Origin: Catajapyx aquilonaris
Lineage: Eukaryota
Direction: 5' to 3'
DNA: 64,000 nucleotides
Assembly (NCBI GenBank): GCA_000934665.2
Contig: KZ538294.1
Coordinates: forward strand, 1 to 64,000
The notes below the pieces were generated by a model. It was given only the letters and a program-made list of their open reading frames with translations, searched no databases and was not told where the DNA came from. A program made the position numbers and the translations under genes. Positions 1 to 13,890 of this stretch are shown here, piece by piece (position 1 is the first letter of the stretch; each line of letters starts with the position of its first letter).

Positions 1-60
1 TCCAATATGGCGGCACAATATGTGCACTTACCCCGGGTGTGCACTTCTCCCACTTCACCC
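1..60. mobile_element. Right terminus of a TA-flanked DNA transposon with GGG...CCC ends (cut by the window edge)
   Basis: 1-60 is the near-exact reverse complement of 26443-26502. It ends ...CTTCACCC followed by TA (61-62). Confidence 0.65.
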
Positions 61-1225
61 TATATCATTTTAGTTGCAGAAAATGTCACCCTGAGTTGTT
101 ATTTTTGTATAGTGGTCGAATGCAGCAACTGCTACTGGATTAGGCACCTCCACCAAGACCCAAGAAGCTACACACAAAAATAACGATTTTGTTGGGCAAA
201 ATTTGAGATAACTAAAAGGACCAAAATATTAGTAACACACTGTAGCCTATATATACAGTATAATGCCCTCTACATATTTTCTGATTAGTTGATGGGTGTT
301 CCATTGTATCGTATATACATTATACATTACACTCCTACACTACATTTCTACTGATTCTGCAATCTTTAAAGGATGACCTCAAAGGAAGTCATATCCCTAT
401 ATCAAGCTTGATGTATGCTCATGAACCATTCATGCCTGTCTAAATATTTTAGCTCAGCCATTTTCAGAGCATCAACGGTTTAAACAAAGCGTTTGTGCTA
501 CAGCAGAATATATTTATAAAAAATCCTGATAGCTTCATGAGTTCAATGTTTTCTGGTGCATTTTCTCCGAAAACAGCCTGTATTAATAGCCGTATATAGT
601 CCTTAGTGTGGGTGGGGTGGGTGTGTGTGTGTGTGTACGCGTAGGAATGCGTGCTAGATACATATCGCTTCTGCCACGGTCGATTCATGCGTGCGATAAC
701 CATAAAATCATTGATGGCAAGAACAGTGACTTGCAAGTTGTGCCAACTGCATTAATCTTCTAACCGTGTAAGTGCATTTATGTCGAGTTTTATCACTAGA
801 AAATGGGATGTTTAAGCCTGTCAATTTTATTTAATTCGCGTCCTTACAATTTGCTTAAAAGTAATTGTTGACCCCTTTTATGAACCTCACCAATAGCTCT
901 GACAGTCGAAAGGTTCAATTTACATGTCGTAAAATGACTGCTGGAGATTAATTAAGCGCAAAGCAATTTTAGCCTCAACGCTGAGTAATTGCAAACAATG
1001 GTTCGTATAACTGCAACTGTTTTTGTGGGTAAAGCAAAGTGTAGTTCAATGAATGGTGTTGTCAGTGTTGTGGCTATTAAATAATTGCTCAGTAATTAAA
1101 TGTTTTAAGTACGTAGCGTTTTGCAATTGAAACAAAGTAATATGTCTGACTCGAATTTATTGAATGGAAATAAGGCTTTAGCGATTGATATTTAATGAAA
1201 CAAAAATACTACTGATATGATGTAA

Positions 1226-1364
1226 AGGCCTGTTTCCACCGGGCATAATTTTTGAGCACAAAATCAAACAAACTTTATTATTACTAATGTTATTACTTTA
1301 TTATTAATCGCCTAGCAACAAAAAACTGTTCTGGCTTAAATTTTGCCCAGAACAAAAATGGCCT
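1226..1364. mobile_element. Possible degenerate PIF/Harbinger-like MITE
   Basis: Left end AGGCCTGTTTCCACCGGGCATAATTT. Right end reverse complement AGGCCATTTTTGTTCTGGGCAAAATTT. Flanks TAA/ATA are an imperfect 3-bp TSD. Confidence 0.3.
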
Positions 1365-2840
1365 ATAAGTGATACTTAAGTGTGATAAAACTATTCGCGC
1401 TTCCAGAAAGATAAATGCAATTTGTCCATAAGAAATGTATACTGAGTTAATTACAAAATGCGTCATTTAACCATATGATGGTGACTGTTATACAATAAGC
1501 AAACACCAATTAGTTCGAAGCACCATTATGTCTATAGCACTCTCCTTATTCGTCTCTTCAGGCTATCACTCTTGCTTTAAAAAAATATCAGAATGAGCAA
1601 CATAAGTGATTCACTCGGTGGATGTAAGGTCCGGACCATGGTCTCGACAATATGCTCAAAAGATTTTTTTTTTTTTAAATTTCTCAATAGTTTGAGTCCA
1701 GTGGCCAGATCGGTGGTCATACACCGATTGGCAATTAGGCAACTTGAAAGAAGCTGAAGTGGAACATCTTTTGAGTCTAATGAATCGCAAGTACATATTT
1801 TCTCCTGTATTGTCGGGCACTTTGAAACGGCCTAGAAGATGCTGCAGCAAAACATGGTAGCCGCATTTATGTTGCTGGCGGCCAGAAGAGCCAATATAGG
1901 CTTAGCCAAACGGCCTCCGGCAAACACGGTTTTTGTCTCTGGAAGCCTTTATTTCACCTCCCCCTCACCCCATCCCCCCCTCCTTTTCTTTTCTTTCTTT
2001 TTGCTCCACGCTTCCTCCGTAGGGCCTAACGTATAATTAGTCGCTATACAACCTGGCAATTGCTAGGTTGAGGCCGAGAGGAGCTTGGCTTGTCTTTTTC
2101 CCGAGCACAACCCCCCCCCCCCCCNCATCCTCCCAACTACCATCTACCCCTACCAAGTCAGACTGGAGCCTGCTTGGCCTCGCCTCGGGTCATCGTCATT
2201 TTCGGCTACCTGTAAGGCTTGTAATTACTGCGCAAGCTGGAGGGCCATAAGGCCTCACACTTCGCCTCCTCTTTGCCTTCTTGCTTTTGCCTTTCATTCC
2301 CCCTCTACCTTCCTCCCCCGCCCTCTTTCTTTGGCCACAAAAGGATCCCCTGGGCACTACCCAAAAACACTCCAAATTTGGGGATTCCAAATTAGTCCAG
2401 ATTTTGAGTCAATTGCACCACACTCTTTTGTTCTCGCATGTTGGCGGGAATTTTTGAGTTGCTAAAAAAATGGGGGAGAAAAATGGTTTATGGGATTCAT
2501 AAAGGTGATAGGTTTTGTGGTGATTGCATCGCCTTGCCCAGGGCCACTTTCTTTTTTAGTGGGAGGGGAAAAAAAATTTAATGTTTTCCGGTTTTGCTAC
2601 GGAAACAAAATATTAGTTGGAAATAATGCGTCCGAATGAATCTTCATTTTTGGCTGTTGGATCCGACTTGATTTGTTATCAGGGTTTCGGTCTCGAAGGC
2701 TTGATTGGAGTGAGGGGAGAATCAATTGATTATCTAGTCACTTCTCAATGATGAGACAAGGACGCCAAGGGGTGTTCAAGTTTCTTGTTTTATGTTAGAT
2801 GTCAGTACTTGCATTGTTTGTTTATTTATTTTGAAAACTA

Positions 2841-3139
2841 CACTGAAAAAAAATTTAGTTGAACGAACCAAAATAATCGGCCATGATGGGTTGAAGTAAC
2901 CAAATAAGTACCGGTATGGTTGTCGTTCAATATAAATATTTGGTTGATGCAACCAGAAGTTTGGGTATTATATTGTGATACATGTTTTGGTTGTGCTAAA
3001 CCGATTTGGTTGAAACAATCCCGTCAAATATTTTGGTGAGTTCAACTAGTGAAAATTTCAAAGTAGCCGAATTTTGGCTGAAATAACTCTTATTTCTCTC
3101 AACCAGATAGTTTTGTTTACTTCAACCATTTTTGCAGTG
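2841..3139. mobile_element. CACTG-ended (CACTA/EnSpm-like) non-autonomous DNA transposon with internal palindromic motif array
   Basis: Ends TA|CACTGAAAAAAAATTTAGTTGAA ... TTCAACCATTTTTGCAGTG|TA. The interior carries repeated GGTTGANNNAACC-like motifs (ggttgaagtaacc, ggttgatgcaacc, ggttgtgctaaacc, ggttgaaacaatc, ggtgagttcaact, ggctgaaataact). Confidence 0.65.
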
Positions 3140-3192
3140 TAGACTTGAGAAGTTATAATATAGTGTGAGTAACTTATTATTTACAAGTAGAA

Positions 3193-3783
3193 TACTTTAG
3201 TGGGGGGCTTAACATCGGTATATTTCAACGCCGACGCCAGGGGGTGGTTCTCCTCCTGGAATTTTTTATTTTATTTTAATTACCCCGTGATGCAACCCTA
3301 GGCCGCTATAGGGGGGTGGCAGACCACCATACAGTTTTCTTAATGGTTTATCTTCAAACTCCGGTGCAAGGAGTACTAGGAAATGGGGTAAGGGATAGGG
3401 GGGTTTGGGGAGGGGACACATGTGCAGGTGCATTGTCCGGCGGTGGGCCAGGTGCAGTCCCCCAGGAGGTCAGGTTGCCAAGACGCCTCCTTAGGTGCGG
3501 GTCACGACCCATTGACGCAAGCTAAAGGTTTGTTCCCGGGTGGGGATTAGAACCCGGGACCTTTCGCATAGCAAGCCGAGACCATCTCGGCCACCGTGCC
3601 TCCCCCTCCTCCTGGAAATTTGGCCACTCTGGGGATCTTTAACGTGCACTCGCGCAAGCACACGGGATCGACGGCTTTACTTCCCTTATCACCCAGAGAA
3701 AAGTCACCGATCTCGGCCGGGTTCGAACCCACAACTTTGGGACCAGAGGCGAGCACGCTAACCACTAGTCCAGCAGCGCCGGC
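3193..3783 (-). mobile_element. tRNA-derived SINE (family A) with Nin/Deu-like core, interrupted by a second SINE
   Basis: Minus strand: A box TGGACTAGTGG (3762-3772), B box GGGTTCGAACCC (3719-3730), core GTGCACGTTAAAGATCCCC (3631-3649), 3' part GATGTTAAGCCCC. Perfect 13-bp TSD TTTACAAGTAGAA at 3180-3192 and 3784-3796. Confidence 0.9.
3262..3605 (-). mobile_element. tRNA-derived SINE (family B) nested in family A
   Basis: Minus strand head GGGGAGGCACGGTGGCCGAGATGG...GCGAAAGGTCCCGGGTTCTAATCCC. A-rich tail AATTAAAATAAAATAAAAAA. 12-bp TSD CTCCTCCTGGAA at 3250-3261 and 3606-3617. Confidence 0.9.
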
Positions 3784-5244
3784 TTTACAAGTAGAACAAG
3801 TTTGATCATGCAAACGTTTTAAAAATAATTATCACCAATATAGGGTCCACTAAGAGGCCACAGGCCAATCATGGAGTAACCATTATTATAAATTTACGAG
3901 GCACGTCTCAATAGCGTTTAAAACCAGACATTTAACCAAATTAGTGATAATTATTTGCTAATTTTTCACGTGGGCCACGCAAATTTTCAATTTTCACACA
4001 TGTCTGGTTTTGCCAGTCAGGTATCATTATGTATTTTTTTTTAGCTGTCCAATGTGGTACACTGTAGTACTTTTCTCCTTATTATGACACAACTTGAAAA
4101 AAAAATCATCAAATCCCAAAATTGTCATGCTTGAAACAGAAAGGAAAATGTTGACCTTTCCACATTTTTTTTTCTCCTCACTTTTTTGTATAGCGTGTAT
4201 GCAGCATTGGACGTGAAAGTGTTTGACCTCCGTGGTCCGTGTGGGAGAGAAAATATGGAAGGCGAGGCCAAAGTGGCTAAATTTCATGTCACGTGGCTCA
4301 CCCTCCCCGAGGCCAATCTATAACCAGCATCTATATGCAGGTCGCGCGAGTGCAGATAGGACTAGAATATATTATAGTGGTGGAAGTGGAAAGGGGGGGG
4401 AGGAGGGGGGGGGAATGCAAAATAGCTAGAGGGGGAGTCGAGGGAGGGGTTTACGGTGGACGATGACATCGATTTGCAAAGTCCAGAATGGCTGGACGAG
4501 TAGGATTGCCTGAGGTTGACTTCACGTTAGATGCTGTATGTCTGGTCCCCATAGGTGGATATAGGGGGTGGGTAACTTCAAGGTATATAACAACAGTTCC
4601 CTCCTTCCACCCCCCCTACTATTCCCCCCCTCTAAAGTTGGCGGTAATAACAGCCAGGCGCTTTGGAGAGTTGAGCCCTGAAATCTCCCAGCGGGACAAT
4701 TACCCGCTACAGGCAGGCTAAAAATTATAATCAGAGAGCAAAATTGCTCCATTACCCATTCCCTCCAAATTATACTCATTAGATACCGACATTGATTATT
4801 AGGCGAGATCGAAAAGAGAGGGCTGGAGCAAAGGCACAAAAGCAGAGAGAGAAGGGTCAGTTAGCGGACAGGAGCGTTGGGAAGCGGGGCGGGAAAAGGG
4901 CGTCGTTGGGGGAAGAAGACGCCGACGACGCCCAAGACGCCATGCTCCAGCCTCATGGTATCCTGGCTGGACACGAATCGCAACGGCAATGGTAAACCAT
5001 TTTGTTCCTTGTTACCATGTTGTGTGTGCATATCCGCCATATTGACTAGGCCTAGCCGGCCGGCTAAGACGAAGAGTGATGGGAGAGTGTCGCAAGTGTT
5101 GGGCTAGGGCGTGTTGAGGCCGTATATTTTCGGCTCTCCGATTCTTTGTAAGGGTCAGACTCAACTCCTCCTATGCCGGCCCTCCGACACTCCCATTTTG
5201 GGCACCTGACCTCCGCTTGATTCAGTGTTGACTTTGGGCTTTGG

Positions 5245-5266
5245 TATATATATATATATATATATA
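5245..5266. repeat. (TA)n microsatellite
   Basis: About 11 TA units. Confidence 0.9.
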
Positions 5267-7436
5267 AAAAAGCTCGTGTCAATTCAATATTCAGGGGCTT
5301 ATCCATAAGTATAAATCTATTAATAAGGCACGTAAGGTCTTCAAAGTTGGCTGAAAATTGCAAGGACCTTATGGGGGAAGGGTGCCGTTGGATTAATTAA
5401 ATTGGTCTAAATGAACTCGGGGGGTTTTAGCGTCCCAAGTCTATCGGCGTAAATCTGAAATGGTTACGACTTCCGGTCCTGAGAGCCATTGTTGCCAAAT
5501 CTGCACGAAGACGACGAGTCCAATGAAGAGAATATGTTTGATTATAGGTTGGGGACATCTCGCTGCACATATTTGAGAATAAAAGAACATGAGGTATTTT
5601 CCACCTTTGAAATTTTGACAAACATGTAAAAAAGGGGGGTAATTTCTTAATGAACTTGAAGGCCAATCTTGGCAGCATGGGACCCCCTGTCCATTATATC
5701 ATTTCACGGTTTATACAGCGAGTGGGATCCTAGGGCTCTTCGTTCCACAGACTAATTAGAGGCCCATAAAAGTGCAGCTTCTGTGCTTGGGAGTTTTTTT
5801 TTTGAAAAGGGGGTNGGGGGGGGGACAGGGCAATCTGGGGGGCATGCACTGGGGGCTCCCATTAGACCCTTTCTTCCGACTGCATGTCCTCCCTGAAGAA
5901 TTTGGAAGGATGGAAGTGGCGCCAGCACACTTTCCAACTTGTGTGTAATTCTTGCGTCTGTCTGCTCTGGGTTATCACGGATAAAGCTTTATTGTTCTGC
6001 CTACTAACCCGTCTTCAGCGGTGTTGTTGTAAAAAGGCGGGTAGGGAGCAATCAATGGGAATCATTACGACCGACTTCTTTTTGTGGCATGATATAAATG
6101 TCCAATGCAACAGGATTCAGAAGTAAAAGATATGAACTTACCTATGGTTCAGCAAGAGGATCTAAAAAAAAAGAAGTATACATGACATGACTCAAAGCCG
6201 TGAGTCAAATGGGCGTCATGTTGCGGAAGTAGGGTATGCGAATCGATACCCAGAGTGCTAATCCTGCCCCCCCCCCCCCAATCCCTACCTTTACCACCAC
6301 CATCAAAAAGGAAGAAAATCTTCACACACATGCTACAGCAAAGGGGACGATGAGCATTAATCCTAGTTTCTGTTTCCTAATTCGTTTCACACTCGAGTAG
6401 ATGTGCAAGCAATGGCTGTCTGGATGAAGTATTATGTTTGGAGGGGGTAGGCAAGAGGCAGTGGTAATTTATTGATTACAGGCAGTCATAGTTCCCCCCA
6501 CTTCTCCCTATGAAAATTTGCTCTATGGGCCAGGGGGCGGTGCCAAGCCCCATATTACCTAGGTGTGGCTGTTTTTCGAGCCCCCAAAAAGGTCGATATG
6601 CGCCAGGCCCCAAAACCCCACGCCATACTTCACTCGTTTCATTCCCCCAAACTCCGCCTTTCCTGCTAGGATTCTTCACTTCCACAAATTCAGCATATAG
6701 CCATCTGACAAGGCTTAATGTCAAAACTTTGAGTTGTGTACAATCGGGGCCGATGAAGCCGATTTTGTTATTTGACAGCAAACGCCAACGGCCATTTTAG
6801 TTACCACGAGGAATCAAAATGGCGCCTAAGGTGGCGTCTTTTTCGAATAGTTTTCAAGCTTGGGTTGAAAACATGTATCTGTCACTCAATCCTCAATGGT
6901 TTTTTGGGGGGAGCCATTTGCGTATTGGAGGCACAGGTGTGCGATATATTTTGCTCTTGTCAGACACGAGAAGAAAGATTTGAAGAGTGACTCACGCCTT
7001 CGTGCACTATGCATACACTAGACTCTACCCTTCCCGATAAACAATCGCAAACGTGTTTTCCCTTTTCGAAGCTATTTCCATGGCAACTACACACCACAAT
7101 CGTATGTCGCATCGTGGGGGGAAAGGGTGTGGGAATATATAAAAAAGAATAAGGGGGTGTGAGCGCGTGAAGGGGACACATGAATATTCGCGGTTCGTGT
7201 GAATACTCTTCGGTCCAGTCCAACTGCTCGCACTTACTCGTTAGCTTTACATATATCAGAAGAAAGGAACCAACCAGATGTGACTGGCAAATTTTCGGGT
7301 TGAATCGTGAGTGACAAGATGACAGAAGGGATATGTTTCAAGCAGAGTCGCATAGATCGGCGAAAATTTGCACACAGGTTGAAACCTTAGGGGTCAGGAT
7401 GAGGTAGTGTGTATGGCCTATTGTTGTAATCACATT

Positions 7437-7508
7437 TCTAACACTACTCTCATCCTTTCTTTAGTTATATACAGTATAACCAAAAGAAAGGATGAGAGTA
7501 GTATTAGA
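7437..7508. repeat. 72-bp near-perfect hairpin (probably a collapsed MITE)
   Basis: Left arm TCTAACACTACTCTCATCCTTTCTTTAGTTATA. Right arm reverse complement TCTAATACTACTCTCATCCTTTCTTTTGGTTATA. Loop TACAG. Confidence 0.8.
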
Positions 7509-10070
7509 GTACACTCTTGATGATGACTGCATGGAAATAATATGACTGCAGGTTAATATCATATCGGTTTCACCCTATGGTGGCCTATTTAGAAACGCTC
7601 TCCGTTGCTTACAATAAGAATATGAATATTGTCCGGATGAAATATCCATAATAATGACAATAATTTTAAAGAGCTATCTTAGAGTGTTTTTCGCAACAGC
7701 TCTGGACATCACGGGCAGTTGAAAGTACTTTTGCGATATCATTAATTGTCATTTGGTATATACAGATGTGGCGAAAATTCGGCTTTCCTGATGGTCAAAG
7801 CACGCTTCAATGGTATAGCTTGTAAAATTTAATTTTGCAGTTATTATATCTCCCCAGCATGAAAGTTGATATTGTGCAAAGAATCTACAACATGTCTCGA
7901 ATAAATCAGTAGATCACAGTCATCACACCATATTCTATCCGGTGACAAATAAATATTTGAAAAATAAAAGAAGCACTTCTTATGTTATTTTGCCGCGATG
8001 TTGCATTTTAAACAATATTTTGAGGATGAAGTTTACTAGAACTTAGTCTGGCTCGCCTGCCAGAAAAGTTAGACACGTCTTCCAAACACGAACCTTAGAT
8101 CAGGTAGTCACCGCAATCTGGACAAGAAACTAAATCCGAGTTTGGAATCGAATCTCTGTCTATATATGGTCGGGAGCATTGCGACAGTGCCACGTTGCTT
8201 CCTCCACACCAATTAGATGGAAAGACCACTGATTCCCAGAAATCTAGTGTCACACACAATAAACCACAATTTTATGGAACTCTTTCACACTCTTACGCGT
8301 AAACTTTGTACTTGTATACGCCAGTGTAATTTAACGGGAAATTAGCACTGTTCCCGTCTGATAATTTGCTACATGAATTACAGTGTACACACGTCTTGAT
8401 TACTTCTAAAAACATGTGGGTGTAAAAATGGATATCACTTTTAATTTTCTTTTTGAACCATCTGCATTGAGCAAGCAGCCATCTTGCTCTGTAGTAACTG
8501 ATGCGCTAAGCGTCCGGCGTATTTCTGCGATCAAAGCCCCAGATAGTTGAATGGTTCATATATTTTAAAAAATACCCAGAGCAACGTGTGAAATTCCATT
8601 TGACTCATTAGCACACACAGCGAATGAACATGAATAATTAGCAAGCAGAACAATGGTGGCAGTGGACGCGAACCAAATCAAAATATGTTGCTGAGGCCGC
8701 GTTGTCTCTCACGAGGGTCATCCGGAAAAGGAAAGCAAATGACCACCGCCACAGTGGTGGAAACTTCCATCAGTAAGGGTTTGTAATTATCAGGTCATGA
8801 GCCGTGTCCAAGGCCCCCCTCAAAACATCACTGATGGATTTTTAATGGCGCAAGAAAAGTTTTTTTTAAATGCGATGCACACTTAGCCGAGCCTAACTTG
8901 GTTCACGGGTAAGAGACCTTTGATTTGCCGGGGCTCCGAGTCGACATGTCCCGGCAATCCGGCCTGTTCCCTCCGCGCATCGGATCGGCCTATTGAGGTA
9001 CCGGCAGGTACCGGTAACATAAGAACATTCGCACACTAGCGTGATAACAAAGGACAATTTATGTGTGTAATAATGACCATCAGGAAAAATGTGGTGGGAA
9101 CAGAATGGCACTCGACAGTGTGCTGTAACTTGTAGGCATATGTAATAAATGTCCCGAGATATGAGTGGCTAACGATGTTGATGAAAATGATGGCGGGCAT
9201 GTGAAATGTGTGTACTTAGGACAATTGATAGCCTGATTAAAAAATAATAAGGAGCTATCATAAAGTTGATTTTTACGCGGGAAATTTGCCATGAGGAACG
9301 GACAATTTTGTAGGCTTAGAGCTTATGACCTGCTTATTCAATAGGTGCTGTGTTCCTTTCGTTCTTTAATGAGAGGTGTGAAAGTCAAATTTTCAAACTG
9401 ATGTCGCATGCAGTGTAATTATCAATTGCAGGATATACATGAGCTGATTCCGATCGCGCCTGCCGCCATAATATGGCCAAACATCTCTCGGCCGTAAATA
9501 CGTTGGAAAGACAAGGTTTTATTGCATATAAATAATTGTTTGTACTTGGATGCACGCTGTTGCGATCTGTCAGGAGGTGTAGTTAAACTGTCAAAATTAT
9601 CCCACCATAGTAATTAAAGTGTTAAAATTATGTCAATCGCATACCAAACAAACGATTAAAACCCGGGCGAGAGCAAATGGATGCGGAGCGATTAATCTTG
9701 TACACAGTATTGTGTACGTGTCAATTGCTGGCTCATATTTTACTATTGTTAGTGCCACGCTTCAATGTATGCCTATTTAATTATGTCATATTATGACTAG
9801 GCCTACTAATAATGTTAGTTTTGGAGCGACACACGCGTGTACCCTAACTGTCATGCCGTGGAAAAAGAACCTAATAGAAAAAAGTCATAATGCAGTTACC
9901 GTATCTCTATATATAAAAGTTTTTACCTTATATAACTTAACAGAAGTATTTCTTAATTGTAAATAATGCAACGTTGAGGACATTGCAATTTTAAAATAAT
10001 TAATGTGGTATGCTCGATTAAAGGCGAGAGATGTATTTCTCCAAAAACGGGTACGGGGTGCGGGGAAATG

Positions 10071-10132
10071 AAATAAAATAACAATAAATAAATAAATAAG
10101 TAAATAAATAAATAACTAAATAAATAAATAAA
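10071..10132 (+). repeat. Imperfect (TAAA)n microsatellite, possibly a retroposon tail
   Basis: aaataaaataacaataaataaataaataagtaaataaataaataactaaataaataaataaa. Confidence 0.85.
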
Positions 10133-13100
10133 CAGCACATCGCTAATGCAAATTTATTAGCATGAATTTTTATAACTGCGATAGACAGCCTATTATATTA
10201 AATAGGCATGTAAATATGAAACATTAAAAATAACGAAGATGCCATTCTTTTGATAATGAGCAATAGTTTACATTATGAGGTTCATAAGTTGCAAGTACAT
10301 TATCTCGAGCAGGGTGTCGGAATGGTGATATATACACTATACGCAAAAAGCTTATGAAATGTTGATTACATTCTTATTTCAGAATCACCTGCTATGTTAC
10401 ATAATTATGACGTTAGCCTATATTGCGCTTTGAATTATATTATTGTTTACGTGTTTCATTGAATAAACAAATTATATAATCAAAAAACATGAGCCAATGT
10501 GCGTTACATGCGTGTGTGATGTACGGTAAAGTGTAACATATGTGGATTGGTCCCTCATTAGACCCTATTACAATTCCGACCATCATAATTATGTATGTTT
10601 AATGCATAATGTGCATTTCTCTAGTTATTACCTCATGTTAAGATAATTATATTTTCAAATCAGAAACGAACCTTCTGTATATAACTGTCGCATTTATATT
10701 CCCGCAATCTTCAGTAGGCCGATGCAACGGAAAATTTTCGCAATGCATTAATCAACTCGATAATAGTTATAATACATCCTATATACAGTTGCAAGCATTT
10801 TGGTTTTATCCTTTGAATATTAATGTCAAACCTGAATAAAATATAGGCCATTTGGATCTCAATAATGAACACGAATGCTTATTGCTATATTTACGAGTAT
10901 ATGCGCTGCTGCACATTTTTTCACGTTGTAATATCCCCGATTGAAATTTTGCTATTTTATCTAGGCTATAGGGCCTATGCACTGATGCTGAGAAGAGTGC
11001 CCTATATATAGTTACATCGAAAATAGATTCTGCAGCACAGATACTGAAAGCTGAGCTTTTGTGATGTAACTTATAATAAACTGAGACAAAAGCGGGATTC
11101 AGTCAAACACATGCCATTTTGGTGAGTAATATATTTGCTTGTTTATTCTCATCGAATGTTACATAATCTGAATTATGTCAGAAGCATGTGTTTATGCCAG
11201 CAGTCTCGAGAGATGATAACCTCATATTGATATTCACTGTGCAGGATGCCAAGTTTTTTCAAGCTTTAATGATATTATTGTTTAGGCCATATCGTGCTTG
11301 GCCCGATGCCTGTGAGTTAAATAAGAAAACCTTCTGCCGACCTCTGAATACCCGTGTCTCGTCTTTTAACATAAAATTCTCCTGGACAAAAGTGAAAATG
11401 ACAAATATGGCTACGAGGATTATTATAGGCTGTAAAATGTTACATGCTATATACTATAGTCGGAATATGGACATGCTCAGAAAATGATCGCCTAATATAT
11501 TTAAAACAGGCCGGTAACCAACTCGATGTAATACAGCGTGTATATCCCTTATGTTATCATAACCGGAATAATATCTATAGTTCAATATATAGGACAATTA
11601 TTATACTTTACGATGGGCTGTAAGTTTGTGCCACATGTTATTGTCGGGCTTCTGGAAATGTAACATTTAAATGTCTGAAATAATGGTTTAATGAGTCATA
11701 AAAATACTTTCAACTGGCGCATCAGTTTACATATTATGAGAATTTCATCCATCAGTTAGCCCTACTGTAATATACTTAGGTAGCATATTGAATAGTTGAA
11801 ATGATAATTCAGATCACTCTATGTCCAAGTGTTTCATTTGTTTAATTGAAGCTGTTCGTGTTCCTGATTGCTTTAATTTCACCTAAATTCTCGCAGTGTA
11901 TTTCATATTATAGAAATAATCTGACATCTGGAAAACCGTACGGTGTGCAAGATATCTGATTGAGCATAATCATCAAAAATGAAGAAACAACTGAATCGGG
12001 TGTCCTATATGCCACTATTATACATACTGTACTTTTATATGTAATAATCACAATATTTCTGTAAATGAAAATGCAAGTCAGCAGGGAAGCGGTGCCAAAT
12101 CGCAACTGCTGAAGCAATTCTCATATTTCTAAAATGCGTAACAAATCCAAACATCAATTGAATTCTGCTCATTGCAATGATACGTAGATATAGCTAGTAT
12201 CTTAATCACATCATTTGTGTTGTTTATGTTGCTGTACTACGTCTGTTTTTAATGGTTTTTAGAAAACACTCTGCCTTATTCCTCATACTCACATCGTCAT
12301 AGTCGACTAGAATTGAACCAAATGAAAATTACACACCACTGCTGCAGTCACACTAAATGACACTCTGCTCACTTACTGATCCGTGAGAATTATAACTAAA
12401 ATACAAGTTACACGCCTTCCCAGAGGAAAGAAAAAATCTATATTGACAGCAGTGGAAGCCTTTAAAGCGACCACTCATTGTGTAAGTAATTTGAGCCTTT
12501 GAATTGTAAGCAAGAATAGGACGCAAAGAATGAGCATCAACTAAGCATGTCGCCAATCATAACCGGGACTGGACGTGTGGTCGATGTAAGCCGGTTACTC
12601 AAAATAAAACCAGCTCTGAATATGCTGTAAACATTGTTTTCTTCTAAAGACACCCCAGCAGTTTGCATAGTTCTGTACATACCAAAAGTGTAATAAAATC
12701 CATGCCACCGTGCTATATTACATGCATGAGGGCTCAGACCTTTAACTCCGTTCCTCCTGAGAACATTGTCATCCGTCCTTCTTAATAAATTGTCACATTC
12801 ATTAGTGTCCACACACAGACCGCGCAATAATCCCCGCACCAATTCCAACCGCGGAAATGACGACCAAATGAGCCTGTAACATTCGGAAGCCATGGTTATG
12901 ATGGGCTGTGCCACTTGTTAAAAATCATGACATGCATTATGTATGGTGACGCTTCCTCCATAAGGCGGTGGCGGTTAGGCTTCCAAAAAATCCACCGACT
13001 TGGAAGCCTGAACAATCGGACCCGCATTGTAACAGTCTCGGTTTGATTCTAAATGATCCTTCCACATTTCATGCCCGATTATGATTATGTACGTTGTTTT

Positions 13101-13683
13101 ATTTTTTTTATTCTGTACCAAGAGGTTCAAACGATGAGTGAAAATCACGGTGTATGAGCAATTAGGCGCAATATTCTGTAGGCGGAAAAAAAGGGCAGAC
13201 AAAAGATGAGCACTGTGAAAGTGTTGGGAGGATGAAAACCTATGGGTCGCCCACAATTCACTTTCTGACAACTGCTGAGGATTTTTTTTTTCCATCCCTG
13301 TGCAGTCTCTATATTTTTCTCGGACCATGCCCATCTTATTCTTCGATAATTACAGGCATTCTTTATTAATCCGTCAGCATGAGGAAGAAGAGAGATTTTG
13401 TAAGAAGGTAGAAAAAATATTTTTTCTACGAACTAGGCCTATATCATCTGCTGTGTATATCATCCGCTTTCCTGATACGCCCAGGACCTATAAATTTCCC
13501 GCTCCATATTATAAGACAGCGTATTCTTATCAATTTTGGCTCCGTATATAATGTATTTTTCCAAATAAAATTCCACATTAATAATAGTCAACTGGATGCC
13601 ACATCCGCCTCAAGCACCAACAGCTTCATAAACATTCATATAGTGCTATTACACTTTCACATCAAGTCGCATGATAGCAAATA

Positions 13684-13890
13684 CAGGGTGGTCCAAGTTC
13701 AAGTGTCGTTTTATAACGGCGATTAATAGCAGTGATTTTGCGATGACGTAGCAGCGACGCGTAAAATATCCCACTTCGGCGCATCTTCGGCGCAATCGAA
13801 GTGGGCAATTTTACACGTCGCTGCTACGTCATCGTTAAGCGCTTCTATTAATCGCCATTATAAAACGACACTTGAACTTGGACCACCCTA
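13684..13890. mobile_element. Tc1/mariner-type hairpin MITE
   Basis: TA|CAGGGTGGTCCAAGTTCAAGTGTCG... with ~95-bp inverted arms ending ...CGACACTTGAACTTGGACCACCCTA|TA (terminal G>A). TA TSD. Confidence 0.9.

Noticed and set aside
4750..4870. Minus-strand branch point, pyrimidine tract and CAG acceptor at 4823
   Set aside because: Two downstream frames close quickly and the third gives no recognisable protein.
7400..7420. TGAGGTAGT let-7-like seed
   Set aside because: The rest of the mature sequence and the star arm are absent.
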